From assembly GCA_963782055.1 (NCBI GenBank), contig CAWAIF010000003.1, forward strand, positions 544,001 to 608,000: 64,000 nucleotides of DNA. Direction: 5' to 3'. The number at the start of each line of letters is the position of its first letter. The stretch's first letter is position 1. Under the pieces are notes generated by a model. That model was not told the DNA's origin. It was given only the letters and a program-made list of their open reading frames with translations, and ran no database searches. Shown here one piece after another: positions 14,550 to 28,854 of this stretch. Position numbers and translations under genes: made by a program. The DNA is from an uncultured delta proteobacterium (GTDB taxonomy: Bacteria > Myxococcota_A > Polyangia > Polyangiales > Polyangiaceae).

Positions 14550-15059
14550 TCAGCCGCCCTTTTTTCCTTTGCGGAAGACGAAATAGGCGGCGATCGCGAA
14601 GAAGGTGACCAGCACACCGGCGAGGATCTTCATGATCGGGTACTGGTGTTCTTCCTCCTCCGGCTCGCTGGGGCCGGCCCCGTCGCCCGTCGCCCCGGTG
14701 CCGGTGCCCGGCCTGGACCCGTGCGCCGCCGCGCCGCCACCCGCGGTCTGACCCTGTGTCTGGTCGCCCGTCTGACCCTGATCGCCCGAAGCGCCGGTCT
14801 GGTCTCCCTGCTTGTCGCCCTTGGACTTGTCGTCCTTGCCGCCCGCCGTCGCGCCGCCCGCGCCCGCCCCACCGCCGGCGCCGTTGTCTCCCGCGGCCGC
14901 CCCGCCAAACTGCGACGTCGTCGCGCTGCCCGCGCCCTTCACGCGCCCGCCGACCAGCTTGAAGACCACCGCCGCGAGCACGAGGATGACGAACAGGATG
15001 ATCGCGTACTCGGTCATCCCCGCGCCACGCCGGTCGCGGAACACGCGCGTATGCCTCAC
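14550..15059 (-). CDS. Flp/Tad prepilin-like protein with low-complexity linker and C-terminal TM anchor
   Basis: RDRRG|AGMTEYAIILFVILVLAAVVF fits the Flp G|xxxxEY motif; C-terminal ILAGVLVTFFAIAAYFVF-RKGKKGG. Confidence 0.8.
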   Translation of the reverse strand: MRHTRVFRDRRGAGMTEYAIILFVILVLAAVVFKLVGGRVKGAGSATTSQFGGAAAGDNGAGGGAGAGGATAGGKDDKSKGDKQGDQTGASGDQGQTGDQTQGQTAGGGAAAHGSRPGTGTGATGDGAGPSEPEEEEHQYPIMKILAGVLVTFFAIAAYFVFRKGKKGG

Positions 15060-15254
15060 GAGCAGCGGCCCGGGCGGAGTGACGGACGTGTGTCGAGCGC
15101 GCGCTGCATCGGTTGCGGGACGTATCGTAGCTCACCCTGCTCCCCGCGTCTGGTCTGCCACCCGGGCGCTGGAATTACGCCCCGCGCGACGTTTGGCCAT
15201 ACCCGAACGGCGCGTTTCGTGGGAGATCTGCGGATCACGGAGGCGAGCTTGGGC

Positions 15255-17255
15255 ATGCGCGCGGTCCTTTCTGCGGTCATCACCGTCGGTCTGCTTGCCG
15301 GGCCGGGGATCGCCCGCGCCGGCACCTTCGACACGAGCGGGGCCTTCTCCTTCGACCCCTCCGACATCGCGCGCGACGGCTTCGAAGTCCCCGTCGGGCA
15401 GAACGGCATCAAGCTCATCCGCGCGGCGGACGCGCTGGAGGGCCCCACCTACCTCAACGTCGATACCCAGCAGCAGTCGGCGGTCTTCCCCTTCGCCGTG
15501 CCCGCGATGGACGCCTCCTACCAGGCGCGCATCTTCGCGCGGACCAACCGCCTCGTCGCCAGCGTCAACATCGGCTACCCCGACGACAGCGGCTCGCCCG
15601 GCTTCTTCGCGCGCTTCTACCCGACAGGCGTGGTGACGAGCGACGGCTGGTACGAGCTCACCACCTCCGACTTCTCGGTGCAGGGCACGCGCGGCGCCAC
15701 GGCGAGCCTCTCGGTCTACGCGAGCGGCGCCGACGTCGACGCCTTCGAGGTCTTCCCCCACGGCACCTTCCGCTCCCTCTCGGCGTGCTCGCCACCGTTC
15801 GACTCGGCGTGCCGCTCCGATGAGATCTGCGACGCCGGCTGGTGCCGCCAGGGGGCGGTGTTCGTGCCCCCGCTCCCCCATCCGGATGAGCAGGGCCCGC
15901 TGGCGGACTGGTTCGAGCACCGCTTCCAGTACTTCTTCGGGGGCGCGTACTCGCGCGAGCACTACCTGCCGGGCGCGCTCGCCACGCTGGAGACGATGCG
16001 CCACGCCACCAACGCCTACGCCTTCTGGAACGGGCTCGGCACCGCCATCCGCCGCCTGCACGACTGGCACACGACCCTGGGCGGCCCCGTCTCGCTCCCC
16101 GGCCAAGGCGCCTTCCCCATCTGCTTCGTCGAGGGCGACGGCGATCTCTCCCACAACCTCGCGCCGAAGGACCCGAAGTACTACGACGTGCTCGTCTCCA
16201 GCGTCGGCCCGGTGGCCAACAGCGGCCTGAAGCCGGGGGATCGCCTCGTCGCGATCAACGGCATGCACCCCATCGCCTTCGTCGAGAGCCTGGACACGGT
16301 GGACTGGGGGATGTGGCGCGCCGACGACCCGGGCACCCACGCCGAGGCGGTGGAGCGCATGCCCGGCGTCATCCGGCGCTTCGCGCACGACATCACCGTC
16401 ATCCGCTGCGACGCCGGCACGAGCACATGCTCCGCGCCGGAGACGATCGACGTCGCCTCCCTTCCGCCGGACGCCTCCAACGTCCAGTACCCGTACTGCG
16501 ACGAGCGCCCGGCCTACCACCTCGCGCAGGACAACCCCGACCCGGTGAAGCACGACTCGTACAAGGGCGTCGCCTACGGCCTGCTCGCCGACAGCCAGCA
16601 GGGCGAGGACGCCTACGGGATGATCTGGAACGACGTCTGGCTCACCGACCCGAACCAGAACGCCTACTCCCCGGCGATGGACGAATTCCGGCAGAACGCG
16701 CAGGAAGTCATCCTGGATCACCGGCAGGGCAACGGCGGCACCGCGTTCGCCGCGGAGTACCTGACGGAGCTGTTCCGCCCGCTCGAGACGCTCGCCGGCG
16801 GCACCGGCTTCCACCTCACCGTCGGCGAGATGGACCCGCCCTTCACGATGCAGGTGGGCACCGCGCTCTACCAGCTCATCCAGGGCTACGATCCCTACGA
16901 GGTGGGCGCCAGCGACGCGCGCACCAACCTGCCGACCGCCCTGCTGCTCGCGCGCGACGGCAGCGCGAGCGACTGGTTCCCCCTCGGCATGAAGGGCTCG
17001 AAGAACGTGCGCATCTTCGGCCGGCCGACGGCGGGCGCGTTCTCCTCGTACATCCAGTGGGACTACTACGCGAACTTCAACTGGCGCCTCGCCTCCGGCG
17101 ACCTGCTCCACCCCGACGGCGCGAGCCAGCTCGGCTCCGGCGTCGTGCCCGACGAGGAGATCGTCCCCGAGCAGTCGGACCTGCTGGTGGGCAAGGACAC
17201 CGTCTACCTGCGCGCCCTCGACTGGGTGCGCACCTGCGTGGGGTGCCGCCAATGA
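15255..17255 (+). CDS. S41-family peptidase with PDZ-like domain, secreted
   Basis: Signal peptide; GLKPGDRLVAING (PDZ-like); ILDHRQGNGG, GSASD, IFGRPTAGA and GVVPD. Confidence 0.85.
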   Translation: MRAVLSAVITVGLLAGPGIARAGTFDTSGAFSFDPSDIARDGFEVPVGQNGIKLIRAADALEGPTYLNVDTQQQSAVFPFAVPAMDASYQARIFARTNRLVASVNIGYPDDSGSPGFFARFYPTGVVTSDGWYELTTSDFSVQGTRGATASLSVYASGADVDAFEVFPHGTFRSLSACSPPFDSACRSDEICDAGWCRQGAVFVPPLPHPDEQGPLADWFEHRFQYFFGGAYSREHYLPGALATLETMRHATNAYAFWNGLGTAIRRLHDWHTTLGGPVSLPGQGAFPICFVEGDGDLSHNLAPKDPKYYDVLVSSVGPVANSGLKPGDRLVAINGMHPIAFVESLDTVDWGMWRADDPGTHAEAVERMPGVIRRFAHDITVIRCDAGTSTCSAPETIDVASLPPDASNVQYPYCDERPAYHLAQDNPDPVKHDSYKGVAYGLLADSQQGEDAYGMIWNDVWLTDPNQNAYSPAMDEFRQNAQEVILDHRQGNGGTAFAAEYLTELFRPLETLAGGTGFHLTVGEMDPPFTMQVGTALYQLIQGYDPYEVGASDARTNLPTALLLARDGSASDWFPLGMKGSKNVRIFGRPTAGAFSSYIQWDYYANFNWRLASGDLLHPDGASQLGSGVVPDEEIVPEQSDLLVGKDTVYLRALDWVRTCVGCRQ

Positions 17256-18025
17256 GCTCGCGCGCCGTCATCCTCTTCGCCCTCGGCGCCTCCGTCCTGG
17301 CCCTCGCCTGCGGGGAGGACTCCACCGGCACGCAGGGCGTCACCCCGCCGGTCCCGACGCAGGACGTGCCCCCGGCGGCCCCGGTCGCGCCGCACCGCAC
17401 CGTCGGCTACCGCAACCCCTTCGGGGACCTCTCCCACCCGGACAACCTCGTCGCCGACGGCGACTTCGAGCTGACCGGCCGCGGTGGACAGATGCCCTGG
17501 CAGGTCTACTCCGGCGGCGGGCAGGCCACGCTCGACTACGACACGGGTGGGCGTTGCCTGACCGGCGTGCGCTGCGCGGTCATCGGCAAGGGGCAGACGC
17601 TGATCGGGTACTTCGCCTCGCCGGTGAAGGGCAACGTCGAGATCACGATGCACGCGCGCTCCGACTCCGGCCGGTGTCTCGACGCGAGCATCTTCACCGT
17701 CGACCTGGCCACGGGCCAGCCGTCCTCGCCCGTCTACGCGCCGACGGCGTCCGACTCCAGCGGCTGGTGCACCTACACGGCGAGCGCGCAGAACCTCGCC
17801 GACAAGCAGGGCGTGATCGACGTCGAGCTCACCGGCAACGCGAAGGGCACCAGGCTCTGGGTGGACGACGTGCTCGCGCTCCCCGCCTCGGGCAGCGGCA
17901 AGAACCAGAAGGGGAGCGGCGTGCCGCCCTCCGCCGCGTCGGTCGCCCGCGCCGGCTTCATCGCCGACTGGATCCGCATACACCAGATCGTCGGCCTGCC
18001 CTCGCGCCCGGTGGACGAGCACTAA
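17252..18025 (+). CDS. Lipoprotein with possible CBM/galactose-binding-like domain
   Basis: ATGA overlap with the peptidase; lipobox LALAC; NLVADGDFE...LWVDDV pattern. Confidence 0.75.
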   Translation: MSSRAVILFALGASVLALACGEDSTGTQGVTPPVPTQDVPPAAPVAPHRTVGYRNPFGDLSHPDNLVADGDFELTGRGGQMPWQVYSGGGQATLDYDTGGRCLTGVRCAVIGKGQTLIGYFASPVKGNVEITMHARSDSGRCLDASIFTVDLATGQPSSPVYAPTASDSSGWCTYTASAQNLADKQGVIDVELTGNAKGTRLWVDDVLALPASGSGKNQKGSGVPPSAASVARAGFIADWIRIHQIVGLPSRPVDEH

Positions 18026-18049
18026 TCGGCGTGATCAGCGTCGCGGCGC

Positions 18050-19378
18050 TCAGTTCTCCGGCACCAGCGTGCCCGTCGCCGCCGGGTCGAGCAGGCTGCC
18101 GATGTCGGCGACGACAGCGTCGCGCGTCTGGAGCTGCCCGGTCTTCTGCCCGAGGAAGTTCCACTCCAGAAACTTCACCACGCTGGAGTGCTCCATCACC
18201 ACGTGGCTCACGAAGTTCTTCTTCGCGAAGGGGCCCACCGCCAGCAGCGGCACACGTGTCCCGTAGGGCTTCTGGTCCACCGTGCTGTCCGGCGGGGGCG
18301 TGACGTGGTCGAAGTAGCCGCCTCCCTCGTCGTAGGTCACGAGCAAGAGCGTGTCCTCGCGGTAGCGCGAGGCGAAGACCGCGTCGGAGATGCCCTGGAC
18401 GAAGGCCACGCCGTCGGAGAGCTTGTCCATCAGGCCGGGGTGCTCGGTGTGGTAGCCGCGGCCCTTGATGAAGGACACCGCCGGCAGGCCGCCGCCGTCG
18501 AGCGCCTTCTGGAACTCGGCGAGGTCCTTCATCGTCTGCGGGTCGTCTCGCGTGCTCGCGTAGTACTCGAAGGGGATGTCGCTCGGGTCCAGCCCGCACG
18601 GGTAGATGTTGAGCGCCGACGGGCAGTCGTCCGGCTTGGTGGGGCAGGTGCCCTGCGCGACGGCGGCGGCCATGTCGGCGTAGCCCTCGGCGTAGAAGGT
18701 CCAGGGCACGCCCGCGCCGGTGAGCAGATCGCCGATGGTGGTGCCGGTGAACTCCATCTGCGTGCTCGCGCCCAGGCTGCACGTGATGCCGACCGCGTCC
18801 TTCGGCCCGAAGGCGTTGTCGTCGAACACCCAGGAGGCGCGGGCGAAGTACATGTCGTTCGCCGAGCTCTGCCCGACGAGCGGCTGGAAGTACCGGTCGG
18901 CGAGGGCGCCGCCGGCGGCCATGTCCCAGTACGGCTTGACCACCGCCGGGTCGGCGAGCACGACGTTCTGCTTGCTGCCGCAGGACGCCGTTGCGTACTT
19001 GTCCATCTTGCCGCCGTCCATCTCCTCCGACTCGCACGCCGCGGTGTGGTCCGGGTCGTGGAAGGCCATCTCCTGGTCGGTGAGGGTGGTGAAGGGCGTG
19101 CCGGCCGGGTCGGTGTCGGGGGCGGCCTCGCAGCAGGCCGGGCCATCGTTGCAGGTGGGGTTGGAGCCGGCGGGGGCCGTGCAGTAGCGGCCGAAGTGGT
19201 CGTCGAAGGTGTGGTTCTCCTGGATGACGATCACCACGTGCTTGATGGCGGTCGCCGGGCAGGGGCCGGCGCACGAGTCGTCGGGGGCAGGGGGCGCGGG
19301 TGGCCCGCTCGGGTCGGGGCTGGAGCACGCGGCGGCGACGAGCAGGGCGGCGACGGGCGCGAGGAGGAGGAAGCGCAC
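18050..19378 (-). CDS. Phosphoesterase (phospholipase C / acid phosphatase family) lipoprotein
   Basis: IKHVVIVIQENHTFDDHFG, TYDEGGGYFDHV and YGTRVPLLAVGPFAK. Confidence 0.92.
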   Translation of the reverse strand: MRFLLLAPVAALLVAAACSSPDPSGPPAPPAPDDSCAGPCPATAIKHVVIVIQENHTFDDHFGRYCTAPAGSNPTCNDGPACCEAAPDTDPAGTPFTTLTDQEMAFHDPDHTAACESEEMDGGKMDKYATASCGSKQNVVLADPAVVKPYWDMAAGGALADRYFQPLVGQSSANDMYFARASWVFDDNAFGPKDAVGITCSLGASTQMEFTGTTIGDLLTGAGVPWTFYAEGYADMAAAVAQGTCPTKPDDCPSALNIYPCGLDPSDIPFEYYASTRDDPQTMKDLAEFQKALDGGGLPAVSFIKGRGYHTEHPGLMDKLSDGVAFVQGISDAVFASRYREDTLLLVTYDEGGGYFDHVTPPPDSTVDQKPYGTRVPLLAVGPFAKKNFVSHVVMEHSSVVKFLEWNFLGQKTGQLQTRDAVVADIGSLLDPAATGTLVPEN

Positions 19379-19528
19379 GGCAGGAGGCTACCAGCGCGTC
19401 AGGCTCGTGCCAATCTGGTGACGGCCGCGTGACGGTCGCCCGGCGGTGCCTCCTGCCCGCGCCGTCAGAGGGTTGGGCGAGTCGATCGGTAGCATGCTAA
19501 CAATCAAGTATCCGGCCAGGAAACGCCG

Positions 19529-20281
19529 GTGGGAGCCCCTTTGCCGCTGACCCTCTACAGCATTCCCTACTCCCCCTGGTCCGAGCGCGCCCGCTGGGCC
19601 CTCCTCCACCACCGGCTGCCCTTCAACGAGCGCTCCCACACCCCCCTCCTCGGGGAGCTCTCCCTGCGCCTCGCGGCGCGCAAGCTGGGCGGTGGGGTCA
19701 GCGTCCCCCTCCTCTTGACCCCCGACGGCCCCGTCGGCGACTCGATGGACATCGTCGCCTGGGCGGACGCCCACGGGTCGGGCAGCCCCCTGCTGTTCGA
19801 CGCCGCCCGCGAGGTGGTCGCTAGCCTGCGCGACACCGTCGAGGACGGCCTCTCCGCCGCCCGCGCCCGCGGACTCGCCCAGCTCGCCCACGATCCGCAG
19901 GCCCGGCGGGATGCGCTCCCCCCGTGGATGCGCAAGCTCCCGGCGGCCGGCGCCTCCGCGCGGGTCGGCGGCTGGTTCGTGGCCCGCAAGTACGGCTCGA
20001 GCTTCCAGGATCTGGAGACCCGCCAGCGCGCCAGCCTCTCCGCGCTGCGGACCCGCCTGGAGGGCCGGAAGTACCTCGCCGGGAGCTTCAGCGCCGCCAA
20101 TCTCCTCGGGGCCTCCCTGCTCCAGGCCATCTCCCCCCCGGATGACGCCTTCCTGCCCATCGAGCCGGGCACCCGCCGGCAGTGGACCGAGCCCGCGCTC
20201 GCCGCCGACTTCGCCAATCTGCTCTCCTGGCGCAACGCCCTGTACACGCGGCACCGGCCAAAGGCCGGCGCTTTGGCTTGA
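19529..20281 (+). CDS. Glutathione S-transferase-like protein
   Basis: YSPWSERARWAL, SVPLL..DSMDI and YLAGSFSAA. Confidence 0.82.
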   Translation: MGAPLPLTLYSIPYSPWSERARWALLHHRLPFNERSHTPLLGELSLRLAARKLGGGVSVPLLLTPDGPVGDSMDIVAWADAHGSGSPLLFDAAREVVASLRDTVEDGLSAARARGLAQLAHDPQARRDALPPWMRKLPAAGASARVGGWFVARKYGSSFQDLETRQRASLSALRTRLEGRKYLAGSFSAANLLGASLLQAISPPDDAFLPIEPGTRRQWTEPALAADFANLLSWRNALYTRHRPKAGALA

Positions 20282-20315
20282 CAGTACGAAGCCCGTAAGT
20301 AGAGTGCGCCTCCCC
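20278..20315 (+). promoter_or_regulatory. sigma70-type promoter of the str operon with GC-rich discriminator
   Basis: TTGACA-N16-TAGAGT-GCGCCTCCCC upstream of rpsL. Confidence 0.8.
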
Positions 20316-20364
20316 GAAACTTCGGGCCGGGGTTCGCCCTGATCACCCAATCTCAAGAGCTTCG

Positions 20365-20763
20365 ATGCCGACAATCAACCAGCTCATCAATCATGGTCGC
20401 GAGGCCGCGCGCTTCAAGACCGCGTCCCCCGCGCTCAAGGCATGCCCGCAGAAGCGCGGCGTGTGCGTCCGCGTCTACACCACCACCCCGAAGAAGCCGA
20501 ACTCGGCGCTGCGGAAGGTGTGTCGCGTCCGCCTGACCAACGGCATGGAAGTCACCTCCTACATCCCGGGGGAGGGGCACAACCTGCAGGAGCACTCGGT
20601 CGTCCTCATCCGCGGCGGCCGCGTCAAGGACCTCCCGGGCGTGCGCTACCACGTGGTCCGCGGGACGCTGGACGCCTCCGGCGCCATCGGCCCGTCGTCC
20701 ACCAACAAGCTCAACCGCAACCGCAAGCGCTCCAAGTACGGCGTGAAGCGCCCCAAGACCTGA
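20365..20763 (+). CDS. rpsL: 30S ribosomal protein S12
   Basis: [11 protein letters not shown] and [10 protein letters not shown]; short insertion near the C-terminus. Confidence 0.99.
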   Translation: MPTINQLINHGREAARFKTASPALKACPQKRGVCVRVYTTTPKKPNSALRKVCRVRLTNGMEVTSYIPGEGHNLQEHSVVLIRGGRVKDLPGVRYHVVRGTLDASGAIGPSSTNKLNRNRKRSKYGVKRPKT

Positions 20764-20779
20764 GCCGGAGCACCGAACC

Positions 20780-21250
20780 ATGCCGCGTCGCCGTGAAGTC
20801 CCCAAGCGTCGGATCATCCCGGACCCGAAGTACAAGGACAAGCTCATCTCCAAGTTCACCAACACCCTCATGCTGAGCGGCAAGAAGGCCACGGCAGAGG
20901 GCATCCTCTACGGCGCGCTGGACATCATCCAGGAGCGCCACAAGGAGGACCCGCTCGAGGTGTTCCGCAAGGCCCTCGACAACGTGAAGCCCAAGCTGGA
21001 GGTCAAGAGCCGCCGCGTGGGCGGCGCGACCTACCAGGTCCCGGTGGAGGTCCGCCCGGAGCGCCGCGTCGCCCTGGCCATGCGCTGGCTCGTCACCTAC
21101 GCCCGCGGTCGCGGCGAGAAGACGATGCGCGAGCGCCTCGCCGGCGAGTTCGTGGACGCGTCCGCCGGCCGCGGCAACGCCGTCAAGAAGAAGGACGACA
21201 CCCACAAGATGGCCGAGGCGAACAAGGCGTTCGCCCACTACCGCTGGTGA
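20780..21250 (+). CDS. rpsG: 30S ribosomal protein S7
   Basis: [14 protein letters not shown] and [12 protein letters not shown]. Confidence 0.99.
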   Translation: MPRRREVPKRRIIPDPKYKDKLISKFTNTLMLSGKKATAEGILYGALDIIQERHKEDPLEVFRKALDNVKPKLEVKSRRVGGATYQVPVEVRPERRVALAMRWLVTYARGRGEKTMRERLAGEFVDASAGRGNAVKKKDDTHKMAEANKAFAHYRW

Positions 21251-21374
21251 GCAAAGGCTCGCACGCGGACGCGAACATCAAGAGGAACGCACGAACGAGC
21301 ATGGTGAAGACGACATAAGGATCGGGTTGCCCCGGAAAAGGCCGCGCTCGCGCCCGGCCACCGAAGTGGTACCC

Positions 21375-21449
21375 CGACACCCTCTCTGGATCCTCCCCCT
21401 CGAGGGGAAGGTGCTCGAAACCGCGAGCACCGGGCCGGAGAGGGTTTCG
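21375..21449 (+). other. Predicted three-way-junction RNA structure in the rpsG-fusA spacer
   Basis: Outer stem accctctctgg/ccggagagggt encloses hairpins cccc-tcga-gggg and ggtgctcg-aaaccg-cgagcacc. Confidence 0.55.
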
Positions 21450-21502
21450 TGCATTCTGCAATCAACTGCCCCACGTCACTCGGCAACACTCAGGAGAATC
21501 TC

Positions 21503-23617
<2,115 letters not shown>

Positions 23618-23661
23618 CCCTCCTCGCAGCTTCTCAAAGATAGGAAACCGGAGACATCGTC

Positions 23662-24852
<1,191 letters not shown>

Positions 24853-24856
24853 TCCG

Positions 24857-25159
<303 letters not shown>

Positions 25160-25169
25160 GAGGTCCGTC

Positions 25170-25814
25170 ATGGCAAAGATCGACGTCTTCAACATGAAAC
25201 GAGAGAAGGTCGGCCAGGTCGACCTCTCCGACGATGTCTTCGCGACCGAGGTCAAGGAGCAGCTCTTCTACGAGGTCGTGAAGGCGCAGCTCGCCTCGCG
25301 CCGCCAGGGCACGGCCGCCGCCAAGGAGCGCTCCGCGGTCTCCGGTAGCTCCAAGAAGCTCTACAAGCAGAAGGGCACCGGCCGCGCCCGCCACGGCTCG
25401 ATCCGCGCGCCCATCTACGTCGGCGGCGGCCGCGCGCACCCGCCGCGTCCGCGCGACTGGAGCTACCGGCCCCCCCGCCAGGTGCGCCTCGGCGCGCTCA
25501 AGAGCGCTCTCTCCAAGTTCCACAAGGAGGGCCGCCTGGTCGTGGTGGATCGCTTCGAGCTCCCGGAGGTCAAGACCAAGGGCCTGCTCTCCGCGCTCAC
25601 CACCCTCAAGGCGGACAAGAAGGTCATCGTCGTCGACAAGGCGGACAACCAGAACCTGAAGCTCTCCATCCGCAACTGCCGCGACCACCAGTACCTGCCC
25701 CCCGAGGGCGTCAACGTCTACGACCTCCTCCGCCACGACACGCTCGTCCTCTCCAAGGACGCGGCCAAGGCGCTCGAGGCCCGCTGCCTGCGCGAGAAGG
25801 AGGCCGCGAAATGA
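25170..25814 (+). CDS. rplD: 50S ribosomal protein L4
   Basis: [12 protein letters not shown]. Confidence 0.98.
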   Translation: MAKIDVFNMKREKVGQVDLSDDVFATEVKEQLFYEVVKAQLASRRQGTAAAKERSAVSGSSKKLYKQKGTGRARHGSIRAPIYVGGGRAHPPRPRDWSYRPPRQVRLGALKSALSKFHKEGRLVVVDRFELPEVKTKGLLSALTTLKADKKVIVVDKADNQNLKLSIRNCRDHQYLPPEGVNVYDLLRHDTLVLSKDAAKALEARCLREKEAAK

Positions 25815-26107
25815 GAGCCGACATCGTCCTGCGCCGCCCCATCGTGCTCACCGAGAAGTCCAACCTCCTTCGCGAGAAGAACCAGGTGGTCTTCGAGGTC
25901 GCGCGCGCGGCCAACAAGATCCAGATCAAGGAAGCCGTCCAGTCGATGTTCAACGTCAAGGTGCTGGACGTGAACACCATGGTGGTGCGCGGCAAGGATC
26001 GCCGCATGGGCCGCGGTTACGCCAAGACGCAGAACTGGAAGAAGGCGATCATCACCCTCGGCGAGGGCGACACGATCGACTTCTTCGGCGACACCGCCGG
26101 GAACTGA
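25811..26107 (+). CDS. rplW: 50S ribosomal protein L23
   Basis: TEKS, ANKIQIK and WKKAII. Confidence 0.98.
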   Translation: MRADIVLRRPIVLTEKSNLLREKNQVVFEVARAANKIQIKEAVQSMFNVKVLDVNTMVVRGKDRRMGRGYAKTQNWKKAIITLGEGDTIDFFGDTAGN

Positions 26108-26120
26108 GCCGGAGAAAACG

Positions 26121-26954
<834 letters not shown>

Positions 26955-26978
26955 CGGGTAGAGTCACAGGAGCTCCGG

Positions 26979-27275
<297 letters not shown>

Positions 27276-27301
27276 CCGTTCCGCACACATCGTGGCCAAT
27301 G

Positions 27302-27341
27302 AAGCCGCTCTGCCCACAGATCGTGGGCGGGCGGCTTTTTT
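27302..27341 (+). terminator. Intrinsic terminator after rpsS
   Basis: aagccgctctgcccac-agatc-gtgggcgggcggc followed by tttttt. Confidence 0.85.
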
Positions 27342-27413
27342 GGTGCTTGGCGCCTTCACCAAGTTGGATCAGGATCTGCCCTGGGTAGAGGGAAGGGCAA
27401 AGGGGATCGATCC

Positions 27414-28796
27414 ATGCGTCATCTGGGTTTGGTCGTGGGCGGGTCTGTGCTCGCAGCCTCGCTGGTGCTCTCGGCGCCGGGCTGCGGGAGCTCGCAGCCC
27501 TCCGGCTTCGGCAACGACTCGGGTCTGGGCGACTCCGGCCTCCCGCCGGACGACGACGCGAGCCCCAACTTCGGCGACAGCTCCACCGAGGCGGCCCCGC
27601 CGTGCGTGGGCCTGAAGTGCCAGCAGGTGAGCTGCGGCGGCGGCGCGAAGACCACCGTCACCGGCACCGTCTACGACCCGGCGGGCAAGAACCCCGTCTA
27701 CAACGTCATCGTGTACGTGCCCAACGCGCCGCTCGACCCCATCAAGCACGGCGCGACATGCGAGTCGTGCGCGGGCGTCTCCGGCAAGCCCGTCGTCACC
27801 GCCCTCACCGACGCCAAGGGCCACTTCGAGCTCGACAACGTGCCCGTCGGCACCAACATCCCGCTCGTCATCCAGGTGGGCAAGTGGCGGCGCAAGTTCA
27901 CGCTGCCGGACGTCAAGCAGTGCACCGACAATCCGGTGCCCGACCCGGTGGATCCCGCCCAGAAGCTGCGCCTGCCGAAGAACAAGAGCGAGGGCGACAT
28001 GCCGCTCATCGCCCTCGCCACCGGCTGCGATCCCATCCACACGCTGGTGCAGAAGATCGGCATCGACCCCTCCGAGTACTCGAGCGGCACCGGCAACGGC
28101 ATGGTCCACATCTACGTGGGCAAGGGCGGCGGCAACGCGGGCGTCAGCGGCGCGACCGACGCCTACGCCTTCTGGGGCAGCCTCTCCCAGATGATGAAGT
28201 ACGACATCATCATCAACGAGTGCGAGTGCTCGCCCTACCCGCGCGACACGGCGGGACCGGCCTACGCCAACATGGACAGCTACCTCGCCGCCGGCGGGCG
28301 CCTGTTCGCCTCGCACTACCACATCAACTGGTTCTCCGACGCGAAGGCCGGCGCGGACCTGAAGAGCGCGGCGACATGGATCCCCTGGGGGAGCTGCGGC
28401 ACCGCGCCCTACACCGTCGACACCACCTTCCCCAAGGGCAAGGCGATGGCCGACTGGCTCTACAACCTGCAGCCGGGCAACGGCAAGACGCCCACCTACG
28501 GCGTGGTGGACATCACCTCCGGGTGCGTGGTGCGCGACATCAAGGCGACCACGCCGAACGTCTCGCAGCAGTGGGTCTACGACAAGGCCAACTACCCGGC
28601 GTACATCTCCTTCAACACCCCGACGACAGCCCAGCCGGACCAGCGGTGCGGCCGCGCGGTGGCGGCGGACCTGCACGTGGGCACGTCGGGCCAGAACGTG
28701 AGCGAGCAGGAGGCCGTCCTGGAGTTCATGTTCTTCGACCTCGCCTCGTGCGTGCAGGATGACGGCAAGCCCCCGACGCCGCCCCCTCCCAACTGA
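27414..28796 (+). CDS. Cys-rich lipoprotein with carboxypeptidase-regulatory-like domain, lying inside the S10 cluster
   Basis: Lipobox APGC; TVTGTVYDP...TDAKGHFELDNVP; own purine-rich RBS. Confidence 0.85.
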   Translation: MRHLGLVVGGSVLAASLVLSAPGCGSSQPSGFGNDSGLGDSGLPPDDDASPNFGDSSTEAAPPCVGLKCQQVSCGGGAKTTVTGTVYDPAGKNPVYNVIVYVPNAPLDPIKHGATCESCAGVSGKPVVTALTDAKGHFELDNVPVGTNIPLVIQVGKWRRKFTLPDVKQCTDNPVPDPVDPAQKLRLPKNKSEGDMPLIALATGCDPIHTLVQKIGIDPSEYSSGTGNGMVHIYVGKGGGNAGVSGATDAYAFWGSLSQMMKYDIIINECECSPYPRDTAGPAYANMDSYLAAGGRLFASHYHINWFSDAKAGADLKSAATWIPWGSCGTAPYTVDTTFPKGKAMADWLYNLQPGNGKTPTYGVVDITSGCVVRDIKATTPNVSQQWVYDKANYPAYISFNTPTTAQPDQRCGRAVAADLHVGTSGQNVSEQEAVLEFMFFDLASCVQDDGKPPTPPPPN

Positions 28797-28854
28797 GCGG
28801 GCCCCCACCCTGGCCCTCCGCGACGCATCGGGCCCCCGGATCGGGCTTTTTCCC

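Noticed and set aside
13728..15254. Long N-terminal extension of the S41 peptidase in the ORF track
   Set aside because: It overlaps ku and two minus-strand genes; the signal peptide begins at ATG 15255.
19398..19413. sigma54 promoter for the phosphoesterase (TTGGCACG on the minus strand)
   Set aside because: Good -24 box but no GC at -12; a TAGCCT -10 next to the start codon fits better.
21375..21449. tRNA gene in the rpsG-fusA spacer
   Set aside because: Only two internal hairpins; no T-loop GTTCRA, anticodon arm or CCA end.
27343..28854. Mobile element as the cause of the rpsS-rplV insertion
   Set aside because: No transposase, integrase, terminal repeats or target-site duplication seen; composition is host-like.
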